DNA of 64,000 nt. Source: Octopus sinensis (lineage: Eukaryota). The notes under the pieces were generated by a model. That model did not search any database. It worked only from the letters and a program-made list of their open reading frames with translations, and had not been told where the DNA came from. The translations under genes were made by a program, and so were the position numbers. The stretch covers positions 74,028,001 through 74,092,000 of the forward strand of contig NC_043002.1 in NCBI RefSeq assembly GCF_006345805.1, given 5' to 3'. Positions 12,721 to 25,990 of the stretch are shown here, piece by piece. Within the stretch, counting starts at the first letter, position 1, and each line of letters begins with the position of its first letter.

Positions 12721-14130
12721 TTTCCACTAATTCCATGTCAAATTATGGAAGCATATGCACTTTAATTTGATAATTTCATGACAACCAATGAAATAACATA
12801 GTCTTTACTTATAAGAATGCTCATCTATGTCCTATATATCTCTTTAAATGATTTACAAGTGGTTATATAAAAAAATTATCTAACATAAACCACTTGCAGG
12901 AATTACTCACTGGACCCAAATGAAAGGTATTTATATACAAATCCAACTCATGCAAGACATTTATTCAAATAGCAAAAAATATTTGTAAATATGTAAATTC
13001 TTTTTAAAATGTAGGCTAGCCCTGTATTTTGGCTCTTTACCAAAAGGATATCCTTTAATTTTGCTACATTATCTCATTCACCACTTCCAGCTTAGATCAA
13101 TCCAGGTGCAGTACCATAGTAGTAACATTTTCACATGCACTATTCTCTTTGCTTCTAACTGCTCTCTCTGACATATCTTCTGAACTGGTCTTTTCTAGCT
13201 CAGATTCCTTAATACTCTGAGTACACAACCATCAAGCAGAACAAATTCAGTTTCTAAGGTCTGACAAGATGATATTCTAGCACTTACTCCAAACATTAAT
13301 GGTTTCTATTAGCTTTTATCCTTATCAAACACTTCAACCCCCTTATATACAAACTAATGTGGGAACCTGCATGTTGTCTCTCAACTGGCTAGAGATATCA
13401 GCCAAATTTCCCTCAAATAATAGCCTACATTTTAAAAAGAATTTACATATTAGATTACATAACCTAAGATTCCCCTAAAAAGATGAGTTTTTATCATAAG
13501 ATTACTCACACAGAATAAACAATAGCATCTCCTATGTGTACAAGAGTACTTGTAACTTTTCAATTCATTTTTAGCACACTTGCAACCTCCAAGTTTTTCT
13601 CAAGTTTACTATTGATTTGTGTGTCAGTCTGTTTGTTTTCTGATTCAACTTTACGCTGTTCAACCGGCATCCCAGCTGTGACCACCTGTCAGTATTTTAT
13701 TTTCTAGATTAATGAATTGAGAAGTGCATTGTCAACAGTGTCCTTCTAATTTTTATCATAGTTGGATGTTGTTTGGTTACAAGTGCTAGCAAGTCAAGTG
13801 ACTATGTAGAAGCTCCCATGGATTATATCTATTCAATTATCTACATGCTGCTGGTCTGCTCAGTCAAAAACTACCTGGGTTGAAATAACAATAGCATAAA
13901 TCCCTTTCAGTACTTATTTCAAGATATGGAGACATACAATTGTGTGTACTGTACCCAAAGAAAACAGCTTCCAGAGAGACCTTCTATATGATCACATGAC
14001 CAGCTGCAAATAACAGCCAAATCTTTCTGAAATCACAATCCCAAAATCTTAAAATGGAAAGAAAAACTGGGTAATATGGGACCTGATATATTATGAATGA
14101 AAATAAACAGGATGGTTGCAGTTGAAATGT

Positions 14131-14886
14131 CACACCTTTCCAGAAGCAAGAATGCGTCGAGTGCTCGAGGATGAATTTGGAGATGTGCCAAGAAGATGAG
14201 TCAAAATTTTTCAAAAGACTGATTACACAGGATGAACCCTGGGTCCATCACTATGATCCAGAGACCAAAGCCCAGTCAATGCAGTGGAAGCACTGTGACT
14301 CACCTCCTCCAAAGAAGGCAAGTGTGCAGCCCTCTGCTGGCAAGGTCATGCTCACAGTCTTCTGGGACCAGGACGGAGTAGTGATGACAGATTTCCTGGC
14401 AAAGGGTACCACAATTACAGGAGCCTATTATGCTTCACTTTTGAGGAAATTAAGAGAAGCAATCAAAATCAAGAGGCAGGGCAAGATCAGCAAAGGCATC
14501 CTCCTCCTGCAGACAACACTCCGGTCCACAACTCGCGTGTTGCCAGATCAGAAGCACAGGCATGCGGCTATAAAATCCTCCCCCATCCCCCCTACTCTCC
14601 TGACCTTGCACCCTCTGATTTTCACCTCTTCCCAGCCATGAAGCTGTTTTTGAAAGGAAAGCGTTTCCCAGATGATGCAGCCTTGATTTCTGAAGTCACG
14701 TTGTGGTTGGAGGACCAAGCTGGGGTCTTCTACAAAAACGGTCTCCAGAGCTGCATCAAACGATGGGAGAAATGCGTAACTGTGGGTGGTTCCTATGTAG
14801 AAAAAGACTAATAACTGTGCCAAGTTTCGTTGCTCTACTGCTACAGGAAGTAGGTCAGGATCATTACTTATTGAACGCCCCTCGTA
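14131..14886 (+). mobile_element. 5'-truncated mariner (DD34D) transposon, frameshifted
   Basis: ITQDEPWVHHYDPETK, KVMLTVFWDQDG, then after a 1-nt loss DN..VH, HPPYSPDLAPSDFHLF...RWEKCV; right TIR ...ttattgaacgcccctcgta ending in TA. Confidence 0.92.
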
Positions 14887-15216
14887 TACCAATTCACTGA
14901 ACATTAGGTTCAACTTTGTTCTTCATCCTTTTGGAGGCCAAAGCATAAAGGACCAGACTAAGTTGGTGGATTGGTGACATTGTTGGAGTATCAAATAAGA
15001 TGCCTTAATGGTGTTTGTTTCAGCTTTGTGTTTTATGAATTTAAATCCCATCTTCAGTCACCAGAAAAGTAGATAGTGGATCCTTCAAGACCTGGTAAAA
15101 ATGTTAACAGGCTCAGGTAATCCTTATGTAATTGTCTAAGTATTTTTAGCCCATCACTTTTAATGGTAACTTAACAGCTGGTGAGAGAGAGTGCAAGAAG
15201 ACTTTCAAGTCCTGTG

Positions 15217-15220
<4 letters not shown>

Positions 15221-15304
<84 letters not shown>
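15221..15304. repeat. (CT)n microsatellite
   Basis: Directly visible. Confidence 0.97.
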
Positions 15305-15307
<3 letters not shown>

Positions 15308-15532
15308 TATTTGCATAACAAGACCAAAACATATGTTCACATAAATACTACATTCTTTACAAAATGTCATGAAATATTGAGTTTTAATCAAGAAAAAGAA
15401 ATTTTTTTCATTTGTAGATTAGCAAGTTAGTGTTTACACTATGACATGAACAATTCATGAGCTCAAACTCTCAGATATAAGTCATTCCTATAACTTCCTT
15501 GAAATATGAATGTTCATATGCTTCTTCTAAAG

Positions 15533-15808
15533 CAGGGGTTCTCAACCATTTTTAATCTATGGACCCCTTTGATTACTACTCTGGTGGAGCTCCATAGCCA
15601 TTTGATGTTTAAAAGCAATTTTTATAGAAACTTCTTTCAAAATTCTTATTTTGTTTTTCTCACATTCTTTTGTGTAGGTTGAACTATAGAAAATGTTAGA
15701 GAAAGAAACCTAACTGTTTCTTGAAAATATACCACTACATACTTTTAAAGCCAAGTTTCTTCAGGGGCCCTTAAAATACTATTGTGGATCCTCAATTTAC
15801 CAACACTA
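15533..15808. mobile_element. hAT-type MITE (Charlie/MER-like ends)
   Basis: Left end caggggttctcaacc is a typical hAT terminus; the right end (gtggatcctcaatttaccaacact) is degenerate. Confidence 0.5.
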
Positions 15809-16029
15809 CTCCTGATATACCTATGCATACTTCCCTCTTTGTGGCTCTTTTACTGTTTGTTTATGTTGTTTTTTTATGTGTGTCTTATTCTGTGTAGTGT
15901 GCATGTACTTTTGGCTTTCATTGCTGTCTTTCTTTACTTGGCTTATTGCTGCATTCAATTTTCTCTTTTACTCTTTTCCAACAAGTTGTAGTGTGCTTAA
16001 CTAAGCCCTATATACAATAAGCTCATTAT

Positions 16030-16850
16030 TATCGCTATTGTTGTTCTTATGCTTGTTGCACACCATTTGTTGCTGGTGGTGTAATACAGGTTCCAGCTGT
16101 CCACAACCAGTGGACTGAGGTGGAATTTTTAATTGTCAACACTCTTTTTAATATTCTAGCAGTTCCAAAGAGTGTTGTTTTCTGTATGTGCCCCACTCTG
16201 ATGATGTCCCTGTTTTTTTAAAAAATACTTTTTAATTCTGGTGCTCAGTACCAAGTGTCTGACAACAAATGGGACCACCTCAACTTCTTCCATTACCTAC
16301 AAATGTTTTATCCCCTAATTTTCTTCAATTCTTTGTTGCAAACCTTATTGTCAACTGGACAAATCACTTCTAGAATCAAGCACTGTTTTTTAACTTTGTT
16401 CATCATCATATCTGGTTTGTGGTGTTCAATTTCATGGCCACATTATACCATAAAGTTCCATAAAATCTTGGTCTAATAATTTTCCACAATGCCTTCTGGT
16501 TTGTGCTCATACCACTGGCTTGCTCTTTCAAGACTGTATTTCTTGCATAACTCCCAATGAACAATATTTGCTACATTATCACTTGTATTCTTTTTGTGTC
16601 AGCTTTGTGCACTGGTTGGTAATATGTCACAGTTTCTCCCTTTTCTCTGCATATCCTTCACTTTTCTGTTGCACTTGAGTTGTCAATCTTGTGCTTAACA
16701 TAATTTGTCCTCAGGGCTTGCTCCTGTGGTGCACAATTTTAACTTCTGTTTCTGGTTTAAGATAATTTTCTGCATCCATAGCCACTTCTTTGCCAAATCA
16801 GTTTTGGCTTCTGTGTCCCTGTAAAATTGCCGTTACATCCTCTATCATCA
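16030..16850 (-). mobile_element. Old R4/Dong-clade (RLE endonuclease) retrotransposon 3' fragment
   Basis: Decayed translation QEQALRTNYVKHKID...HWELCKKY...WYEHKPE...KPD...QKTTLFGTARILKRVLTI parallels the ORF at 44339-44929. Confidence 0.75.
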
Positions 16851-16999
16851 TCATCATCATCATTATTATTGCTATTAGCCTGTGAAGTCATACATGTTGG
16901 ACCTCCGTAATTTGTAAATGTTTAAACCCCCACACTTTATGTCTGTCTTTGTATTTTCCCCCCCATTCTTTGCCCTGGTAGCAAATAAAAGAAATCCTC

Positions 17000-17075
17000 A
17001 TTGTCGTCGTCGTCATCATCGTCGTCGTCGTCGTCGTCATTGTCGTCGTCCTCATCATCACCACCACCATCATCG

Positions 17076-17130
<55 letters not shown>

Positions 17131-17143
17131 TATTATTATTATT
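17000..17143. repeat. Compound (CGT/CAT)n-(TAT)n microsatellite
   Basis: Directly visible; source of the poly-M/H/D/S ORFs. Confidence 0.95.
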
Positions 17144-17146
17144 GCA

Positions 17147-17603
17147 AAGGTGGCAAGCTGGCAGAATCATTAGCATGCTAGGTGAAATGCTTAACTGTAT
17201 TTCATCTATCGTTACATTCTGAATTCAAATTCCACCAAGGTCGACTTTACCTTTCATCCTTTCAGGGTCGATTAAAAAAGTACCAGTCATGCACTGGGGT
17301 CGATGTAATCAACTTAATCCCTTCCTTCAAATTTCAGGCCCTGTACCTACAGTAGAAAGAATTGTTGTTGTTATTATTATTATTATCATTAAGGCATCAA
17401 ATTAGTAGAATCATTAGCATGCTAAACAAAATGTTTAGCGCTTCTTCCAGCTTTACATTCTGAGTTCAAATTCAACCAAGGTTGACTTTGCTGTTCATCC
17501 TTTCTGTGTCAACAGAAGTACCAGTCAAACACAGGAACTGATGTAACTGACTTTCCCCCTTCCCCTCAAAATTGCTGGCCTTGTACCAAAATTGAAAAGA
17601 ATT
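17147..17603 (+). mobile_element. Two head-to-tail SINE family B copies separated by (TTA)n
   Basis: Copies near 17147-17362 and 17391-17603 match 31278-31505. Confidence 0.8.
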
Positions 17604-17774
17604 ATAATTATTATTATCATAGGGAAGTATATTTCATAGCAGTAAGTTCTGATAATTATCATAATTTATACATTTTATTAATTTGTAGTGCTGAACTCAA
17701 ATCTCTCTGTGGTTTTAACCTAAAAAAGTACAGCAACACCCCAACTGGATTATAGGTCATCCATTTCGTAGCTA

Positions 17775-18372
17775 GGGCACATTTATTTGTTTTTGATTTT
17801 GTTAACTACACAGTATAGTAGGGTCAGTTGGGCACCATCTGGGGGAAAAACAGCTCCATGACACAATTCACTCTGCCAGAAATTTGTAAATGACATTCTG
17901 TACTGATTGTACACATTTCAGAGTGTTTGGGTGTCAGTCTGAGGACATGTACTGAGAGTGATAAAAATCAAACATCCAGTCAACATTATGGTGTTTGGAG
18001 TGATCACTAATGATGGCAACATTATGCCTCCATTCATCTTCTCGTGGGTCAAGAGGATGGCTGCTGGAAGACCCTATGTCAGCAACAGGACTTTGCACCA
18101 TACCACATAAGCAGGAGAGCCCAGCCATGGCTGTCAGACAATTTCTGCAACCACACCACCCCTTACATCTAGCCACCTGACTCCCCAGACTGCAACCCCC
18201 TTGATTCTTATGTGTGAAGTACAGTTGAGTAAGAGACCAACAAAACTTCTTGTAACACTACTCACTAGTATTTCTAGTATTTAATATAATTTTGGTAAAT
18301 ATATCTGTTAAAATGAGATGTCAGTGTTATTTTCATTTTTGTGTAATTTAGATGCCAATATATTCACTGCAG

Positions 18373-18378
<6 letters not shown>
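17775..18378 (+). mobile_element. maT/DD37D-like transposon deletion derivative
   Basis: KHPVNIMVFGVITNDGNIMPPFIF and PDCNPLD motifs; degenerate right TIR; homologous to the inverted copy at 35379-36200. Confidence 0.75.
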
Positions 18379-18414
<36 letters not shown>

Positions 18415-18708
18415 TAATATATATATATATTACGGAGATGTACTTGTGTAGCAAGTGACCTGATCTGAGATCATGTGCTGGAACAAAAACAGTGGCAGCA
18501 TGGAAGGTATTTATAAGCCATTTAAGAAACACACAAAAGCCGTTAGATTCACATCAACATTTAAATTTAATTTGCCAAAATATTTTCATCGCTTTGAGAC
18601 CACGACCTGTTCACTGACAAAATTCCATGCTGCATATATATAAGATAATCTAGACTCTTCATCTATCCTATATATATATATATATGCTGCACACGCACAC
18701 ACACACAC

Positions 18709-18777
<69 letters not shown>

Positions 18778-19799
18778 TCTTTGTGGAAAAAACTGAGTGT
18801 GACTTATACATGGGGCAAAGCTAAAACTATGAAAAGGGAAAATTTTGTACCAAGATTTATCACTAAACTGGGTATGGGACTTATACAAGAGTGCAACATA
18901 TACACAAGTAAATATGGTAATTGTTGAGGTAAGGGTAATAAATTGATAGATAAGTGTCAGTCAAGATATCTTGTTGTAGTTAGTCAGCTATATCTCCTAT
19001 ATCTCATTGCATTCTTTACCTTCTAAGTTCACATCCTAGTAAGATTGATTTTTGCTTTTCATCCCACTGCAGTCAATAAAATAAGATACCAGTCAAGCAC
19101 TAGGTCGATATGTATAATAACTATATTCTCCCCATAAACTCAAGGACTTGTGCCTCAGCATGAAATCAATACCAATTCTTGTTCAGGTGCCACCAATTTC
19201 ATTTTTTTTCCTCCAACCATGATTATAAACACTATAAAACTTGTCAATACTACTATATCCTCTGTTTAATGAGCGAAACCATAGAAAAGTGAGAAAAATC
19301 AGCAGTCACGTAAATGTTACTTTAGAAAAGAATAAAAAAAAGAAAGAAACTGGGGTATTTCTAATTACATCAATTGAGGTCATATATATTAATACAAGAG
19401 AAAACATCTAAAATAGACCTTTCATGCAAACTGTAAAGGTTTATATTACCAGACAAGTTGTAAAATATTATATTGCATAATACATAGCTAAATACATAAA
19501 TTCTTGCTTATCATTTTAGACATCTCTAAAAATACATACAACCACACCTCACTCACACTAAATCATACATACATACGAGCTAACAAGGGAGCCTCAATGT
19601 GATTGCTCAACATGCTAGAAATAGTGACCAAACCACCCTGAAGTCAAACAGTAGAGTGTTAAATAATGAAATAAGGAAAGGATACACTTAATAATGTTAT
19701 CTTACATGCCCCTTGAATTGATGGAAGTTTAGGAATGGAATATTTTGTCATTATAGGTTGACCCAGTCCAAGAAGATTTCAGCATAAAAACCAACAACA

Positions 19800-20717
19800 T
19801 ATTGGGTCATCCCATAAATATTGTGGGTTTACTATACTTTTATTTTTCAAAATTAAGATAAATAAAGTTCTTTTTTAATCTAAAATATACTCTCCTTCAT
19901 TTTCTACTATGCTCTTCCATCTATCTGGTAGACTTGAAAGGGCTCCTCTTCCAAAATTCCCTTGTCTGTGACGAAAAATACTCCTCTAGTACTGTTCTGG
20001 CCTTGCCTACAGAATTCATATTTTTTCCATCCAAGTGATTTTGAAGACAGCAGAATAAATGATAATCAGTTGGAGAAATGTCCAGCAAATATGGTGGGTG
20101 GAGCATCATTTCCCATTCAAACAGCTCCAGCCTTTGGAATGTCATCCTCAATGTCTGTGGTCGAGCATTATCCTGATGGAAGAACACCTTTTGTCTTGAA
20201 ACCAAAGATAGTCATTTTCCTTCTAGTGCTGACTTGAATGACTGGTTGAATGACCAACTCTGGGCTTCTTGGCTAGTTTCTCAGCAGTTATGATGGGATT
20301 TTGTTCCACCAAGGTTTGCAGGATGTCCTCGTTGAGCTCCTCAGATCTTCCAGGATGAGATTCGTTTTCTAGGCTGTAGTTTTCAGCTCAGAATTTCTGG
20401 GACCACCATTGGCACTGGCTTATACTTATTGTCTGATCGCCATATACTGCATTAATATTCCTTGTCCTTTCAGTTGCATTGTTGCCTTTATTGAAGTCAT
20501 GAAGCAAAATATGCCGAATATGCTCCTTTGTCACTTCCTTTGAAAAAATAACTGTTAAAATTGAACTGCACTCTTCAAAACTTGCACTAAGAATAAAAGC
20601 AAGGTAAAATTACTTCCTGCTTGTATAGCAAGTTGATGCAGGTAGTTTATCTTGTCCCCCTCTGACTTTTAGTTCCTGCAATTGAAAAAGCCACATTATT
20701 TATGGGCTGACCCAATA
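19800..20717 (-). mobile_element. Internally deleted mariner with both TIRs
   Basis: TIRs tattgggtcatcccataaat / tttatgggctgacccaata with TA ends; N-terminal MEVTKEHIRHIL...HTH and C-terminal FHQDNARP...HPPY..DISPTDYHLF are present, the WVPHEL/first-Asp region is missing. Confidence 0.88.
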
Positions 20718-20761
20718 CATACAAATTGCAGTGACACTATATGTATATTATTTGAATATAC

Positions 20762-21178
20762 CATCATCATCATCATTATTTAGCATCTGCTTTCCATGTT
20801 GGCATTGGTTGGATAGTTTGACTGGAACTGGTAAACCAGGGAGCTGCACCAGGTTCCAGTCTGACTTGGCATGATTTCAAAGGCAGGATGCCCTTCCTAA
20901 TGCTAACCACTCCCAGAGTGTAATGGGTGCTTTTTATGTGCCACCACCATGAGTGTTTTTATGTGCCATCTGCATGGGTGCCAGTTACATGACAGCGACA
21001 TTGACCACGACTATGATTTCCATTGGCTTGACATGTCTTCTCAAACAGCATATCACCAAAGGTCTCAGTCACTTGTCACTGCCTCCATGATGCTTAACAT
21101 TTGAAGATCATGCTTCACCACCTTGTCCCATGTCTTCCTGGGTCTACCTCTTCTACAGGTTCTTTCCACAGTTAGAGA
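20762..21178 (-). mobile_element. RTE LINE 3' fragment
   Basis: RGRPRKTWDKVVKHDLQML followed by UTR and (ATG)n tail. Confidence 0.8.
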
Positions 21179-21204
21179 TACACACACACACACACTCACA
21201 CACA

Positions 21205-21822
21205 CGAATATTTGTATGGAAATATGCTGTGCTTGAGAAGACTTGGCAAGCCAAGTGAGACCATAACCTCGTGGCCTATGCCAGGAGTGTAACCAGCCCA
21301 CTTATGCGTACCTTTCTTTCATTGCACACTAAACTGTGCTTGTGAAGACCTGTTGAAGCAAGTGAAATTGAAATAAAATTCGATGACTGGCATCTGCGCT
21401 AGTGGAGCACTAAGAACACTGTCTATGCGTGACCATTGCCAGAGCAACAAACTGGCTTCTGTGCCGGTGGCACGTAAAAAGCACCATTCGAGCATGATTG
21501 TTGCCTGCGTTGCCTTACTGGCACATGAAAAAACATTCGAGCAAGGTCATTACCAGTGCTGCTGGACTGGCTCCTGTGCAGGTAGCACATAAAAAATATC
21601 ATTTGACCATAGCCATTGCCAGAAACGCCTGACTGGCCCTCGTGCCGGTGGCCCATAAAAGCACCCACTACACTCTCAGAGTGGTTGCCGTTAGGAAGGA
21701 CATCCAGCTGTAGAAACTCTGCCAGATCACATTGGAGCCTTGTGCAGCCATCTGGTTTGCCAGACCTCAGTCAAATCGTCCAACCCATGCTAACATGGAA
21801 AGCGGACGTTAAACGATGATGA
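21205..21822 (+). mobile_element. RTE LINE 3'-UTR copy
   Basis: Reverse complement of 39904-40525; ends ggacgttaaacgatgatgat. Confidence 0.85.
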
Positions 21823-22008
21823 TATATATATATATACATGCATGTATATTTATATCTATATCTGTCTGTATAGGCTCTCTCTCTCGCTATATATATATAT
21901 ATTGTGTGTGTATGTATGTACACACACACACATGCACACACAAACGCACACACACACACATACATGCATGTATATTTATATCTATGTCTGTATAGGCTCT
22001 CTTTCTCG

Positions 22009-22041
<33 letters not shown>

Positions 22042-22117
22042 GTGTGTATGTATGTACACACACACACACACACATGCACACACAAACACACACACACATA
22101 TGCACACACAAACGCAC

Positions 22118-22158
<41 letters not shown>

Positions 22159-22506
22159 ATATGTTTTTCATCCAGATATATACAAATAGAGTTCAAGTAT
22201 GTGAATCTGTATGTGAGCAAGGTTGTGTGCATATGTGTGTGTGCTTAGGTGAGTGTGTATGTTTACATTTGTAATGCGCAGCATACAATCAATACATAAT
22301 TACATTATATGCTGATGTATGAAAGTAAAAAGACGTGAAAATACATAATAAATTATCACTTTACAACATCATTAATATTTATGATTATACTGTGTAGTGT
22401 ATTGCATGAAGCAGGGAGATAAGCTTCTGACAAGCTGAATCAGCTACTAAGCTTCAATTCTTGGTTCACATATGCTACTGATGCTCTTAAGAAAAGCAAA
22501 TATTAC

Positions 22507-22575
22507 CTGACAGCGAGGATGCTAGTTGCATTAAGGCTGCGCACGTGCAACTTTCTGAAGGGCAAGTGCAGCCTT
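22507..22575 (-). CDS. Predicted 69-nt internal exon: RLHLPFRKLHVRSLNATSILAV(R)
   Basis: Acceptor aactttttgtag|, donor CAG|GTAATA; CpG-containing unique island in AT-rich DNA; the phase 2-2 frame joins 10952-10996 (a phase 1-1 frame is also open). Confidence 0.5.
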
Positions 22576-23674
22576 CTACAAAAAGTTCTATATTTCAGAG
22601 AAAAATAATTACATGAGAATATATCTTTGTTGATTTCATTCCATTTAAAGCCTGTCTTTGAATTTCAGGAACACTTATTCATATTCCTGTTACTATGCTT
22701 GTAATAACTTAATAACTTGAATAATGTAATTGTAACTGTGTTTAAAACAGAGAAATTTAAAGAATTTTTTTTTAAATACATAAAACAAAATGTTATAGTA
22801 GAAGTGCCTATTTTGAAAATCTGCCTTTTTTTCATATTTCATTTGAGTTTTTTGTAAATCATTATATTTTATAGAATAATAGGTTTAGCTTCTTTCATTG
22901 TTTGTCTTTTATCTTTTACTTCTTTCAGTCATTGAACAGTGGCCATGCTGCAGCACTGCCTTGAAGGATTTAGCTGAACAAACCAACCCCAGTACTTTTT
23001 CTTCTTAAAGTCTGGCACTTATTCTATTGGCCTCTTTTGCTGAACTACTATGTTATGAGAATGTAAACAAACCATCAGAGGTTATTGAGTGGTTGGGAGA
23101 CAAACACAAAGACATACCAACATACACCACAGGCTTCTACACAGTTTCCCTCTACCTAATTCACATGTCATTGGTTGACCCAGAGTTATAATAGAAGGCA
23201 TTTGTCTAAGGTACTATGTAGTGGGACTGAACCTAAACTATGTGGTTGCAAAATGAACTCCTTAACCTCACAGCTATGATTAATACTATAATTATTTTTT
23301 AAATAGGTTTTGTCAGATGGCAGTTAGCTTTAATGCAGATTTCCAACTTAAAATGCCCCACCACCACAATCTCTCCCCTTCTCCAGACTAGACCTTACAG
23401 ATTTTTTCATTCCTTGCAGATGACTCCTGCCTCATCATTTTTTTTTTTTTTTTGCTACAAGTATTGATTTGCAGTTGCTCAACCTGAACATCAAATACAT
23501 TGATTGATCTCTTCTGTCTAAAGAACATGGAACCTACAACAGTCATGAGTACTCTACCTGCTCTTCTGATAAATAAATATATAAATAAATGTAAATTAAA
23601 AAACAACAACAAATATCTGGAAAGTGTTGTTGCTGCTGCTATTGTTATTATTTCTAATTATGTAAAGCAAGCCA

Positions 23675-23880
23675 TTTGAGTTACTAGAAATAGCAACCAA
23701 ATCTTTCTCAAATCACACCCTATTGTCTTAAAGATAGAAAGAAACATCGGATAATGTAATCTGAGATTAACTATGTGCGAAAACATGAGATAGTTGAAGC
23801 TAGAATATCTTTAAACATAGGCTGGCTTGCAAAAGATTTATCTGGGACAAAACAATGACAGCAACAACAATAACAACAAC
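23675..23880 (+). mobile_element. Dispersed repeat family D (gctagaaatagcagccaaatc...caacaacaac), SINE-like
   Basis: Related copies near 1085-1230, 8415-8640, 13370-13460, 19580-19800, 28450-28650, 30740-30960, 38255-38460, 57230-57480. Confidence 0.65.
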
Positions 23881-25189
23881 CTGTGTAAGAAATCAATACT
23901 GACATAGACACGAAGCTTATATCTATGTTAATATAGAGATGTCAAGGTTTTCTTAATCTCTACAGATCAATTTCATTTTCTTCATTTATAGCTCAATCAA
24001 AGTTTGTATCCATAAACACTTCCTTCGTCTGCTGTGAGTTTCAAGTACACCTAACTGCAAGTGTAAACACATATTATATTTTTAAAGAATTTATTTAGTA
24101 AATGATTTATTGACTTATACATATGTCTCCTTTATCTGATTAAGATCCTTTTCCTCAAATAGGTCAGGTGAGGATGGGGGGATGCTTAAGATCACAAAAA
24201 TAAATTGATATTGAATTTGATATTTTTTTTAAAAAGAAAAATTGTTTGACTACAAATACAACAGATATGATAACACTCAAACAGATTATAGAATCAATAT
24301 AAAATTATAAATATAGAAGTGGGGAGTGTGATTTAAAAGGCAAATTTTTCAGCTGATGACTAGGGTCTGTTAAAGTTGAAATTTTAAATAAAATTATTCT
24401 TCTCTCTACTTACTGCATTGTTAAGTGAGTTTTACCCTTTCCAATACTTGTACTTACAGATAAAACAGAAACATAGAAAACAGGTCGCAAGAAATAATCA
24501 GCTTATAATATTTTCTTATCCATTCTCTTATCTTGCAGCATTTTCCAGAAGGAAATATGCTCTATTTGTTTCCATCAATGATTATTTACTTAACATTTCT
24601 TGATGATTAATAACATATGTATTTTGGTTTTTATTTCTTCCTTTTTTTTTTTTTTGACACTGATTGCTGCTTTCTCATAAAATATTTCTCATACTTCACA
24701 TATGTACTAATTAGTCTATATTTAAGACCTAATTTAAACTCACTATTAATTTGTTGTCTTGAATGAAATTTTGCCAAGGTATGCATCTCAAAATAACTCA
24801 CACATTAGGCAAGGAATTAGTATGAGGAAAAAGAAAGAAGGAGTGATGAAGAAGTGGGAAGAGGATGAGAAACAGGTAGAGATGAATGAATGAGAAAAAT
24901 TGTACTATGATTCTATTCATGAATAACTTTTAACTTTAAGAATTACACTACTTGACTAAGTTCTCAGTGTTTCCATTTACCATTCCAAGATTTTACATAT
25001 TTTCAAATTTATGTATTTCACTTATAACTAATTAATGCTGATCTTCAATAAATTCTAATTTTCCTAACAAAGAAATAGTTTCTTCCACATGCAAAGGCTC
25101 CAATGCAGACTGATGCCATTGTTTTAACATCCACAAGAACATCTGACTAGAAAATCCACCTCAACAAATTCAGATGTTCTTTTCTGTTG

Positions 25190-25990
25190 CCAGCCCTTAC
25201 CTGTTTCCGAGTAAAGTAGAATTTTCTCATGACCAGATATGTTTTTATGGAATATTGGAAACAAAGAACACTGCTTGCATGACAGTGACACTTATTTACA
25301 GTCCTAACCCTAACATACAATGTTGAAGCAAGGAGACAGTAACAAACACCTATAAAGTGCTTAGCTGTATAGGCAACTCATCAGATTCAAATGGCTGGAG
25401 GCACACAACCTCTCCACAACTGGCAGGAGAAAAACGTCATGGTCAGTTAGTTTTATAAGCAAAAGATATACATCTGGAATGGCCACACAGGAAGTGGTTC
25501 AAATGGGATGGGGGTTATCTTCTTTACATCGGTTCCAACTGTGGAGATTTCAAAGTTGCTGTCGTGGTTCTATTTGACAAATGGGGAGCTTGTAACAGGA
25601 ACCTTAAAAAACTTGCTCGACCCACAAAAATTTTTAAACTTCAGGAAAGAAGTATTTAGTCAATGTCCTCAATTGAGATGTTTCCTGTTATGAGCTTGAA
25701 ATTCTCCATTCATCGATTAGAACATGACAGCAACTTCTAAAATTGTCACAGTTGGAACCAATGTAAGAGAGATAACCATGTCCCACCTGAAACACCATCT
25801 GCATGGCTTTTCCAGATGTATGTTTTTTGTTTACAAAACCAACTGACCATGACACCTTCCCTCCACTTGTGGAGAGGTTATGTGTCTATGGCCATTTGAG
25901 TCTGATGAGTTGCCTATACAATTAAGTGTTTTATAGGTGCAAAACCAATGGTCACTCTCTGACCAGCCATAACAACCAACTTCCTAAAAA
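25190..25990. repeat. Imperfect inverted repeat pair with degenerate hammerhead cores
   Basis: About 25345-25590 is the reverse complement of about 25700-25945 (e.g. ataggcaactcatcagattcaaatggc / gccatttgagtctgatgagttgcctat). Confidence 0.75.

Noticed and set aside
18585-18630. Hairpin followed by GAAA on the minus strand in a (TA)n-flanked repeat
   Set aside because: The upstream core is GTGAACAG, not CTGANGA.
23397-23550. Minus-strand exon candidate (good acceptor, TCT|GTAAGG donor)
   Set aside because: The only open frame crosses a long A homopolymer and creates a TAA stop when joined to the 22575 exon.
24458-24565. Exon candidate with a GTAAGT donor (...CDLFSMFLFYL)
   Set aside because: Phase fits the next exon, but the acceptor is poor and the same bases also look like a + strand acceptor; not supportable without RNA data.
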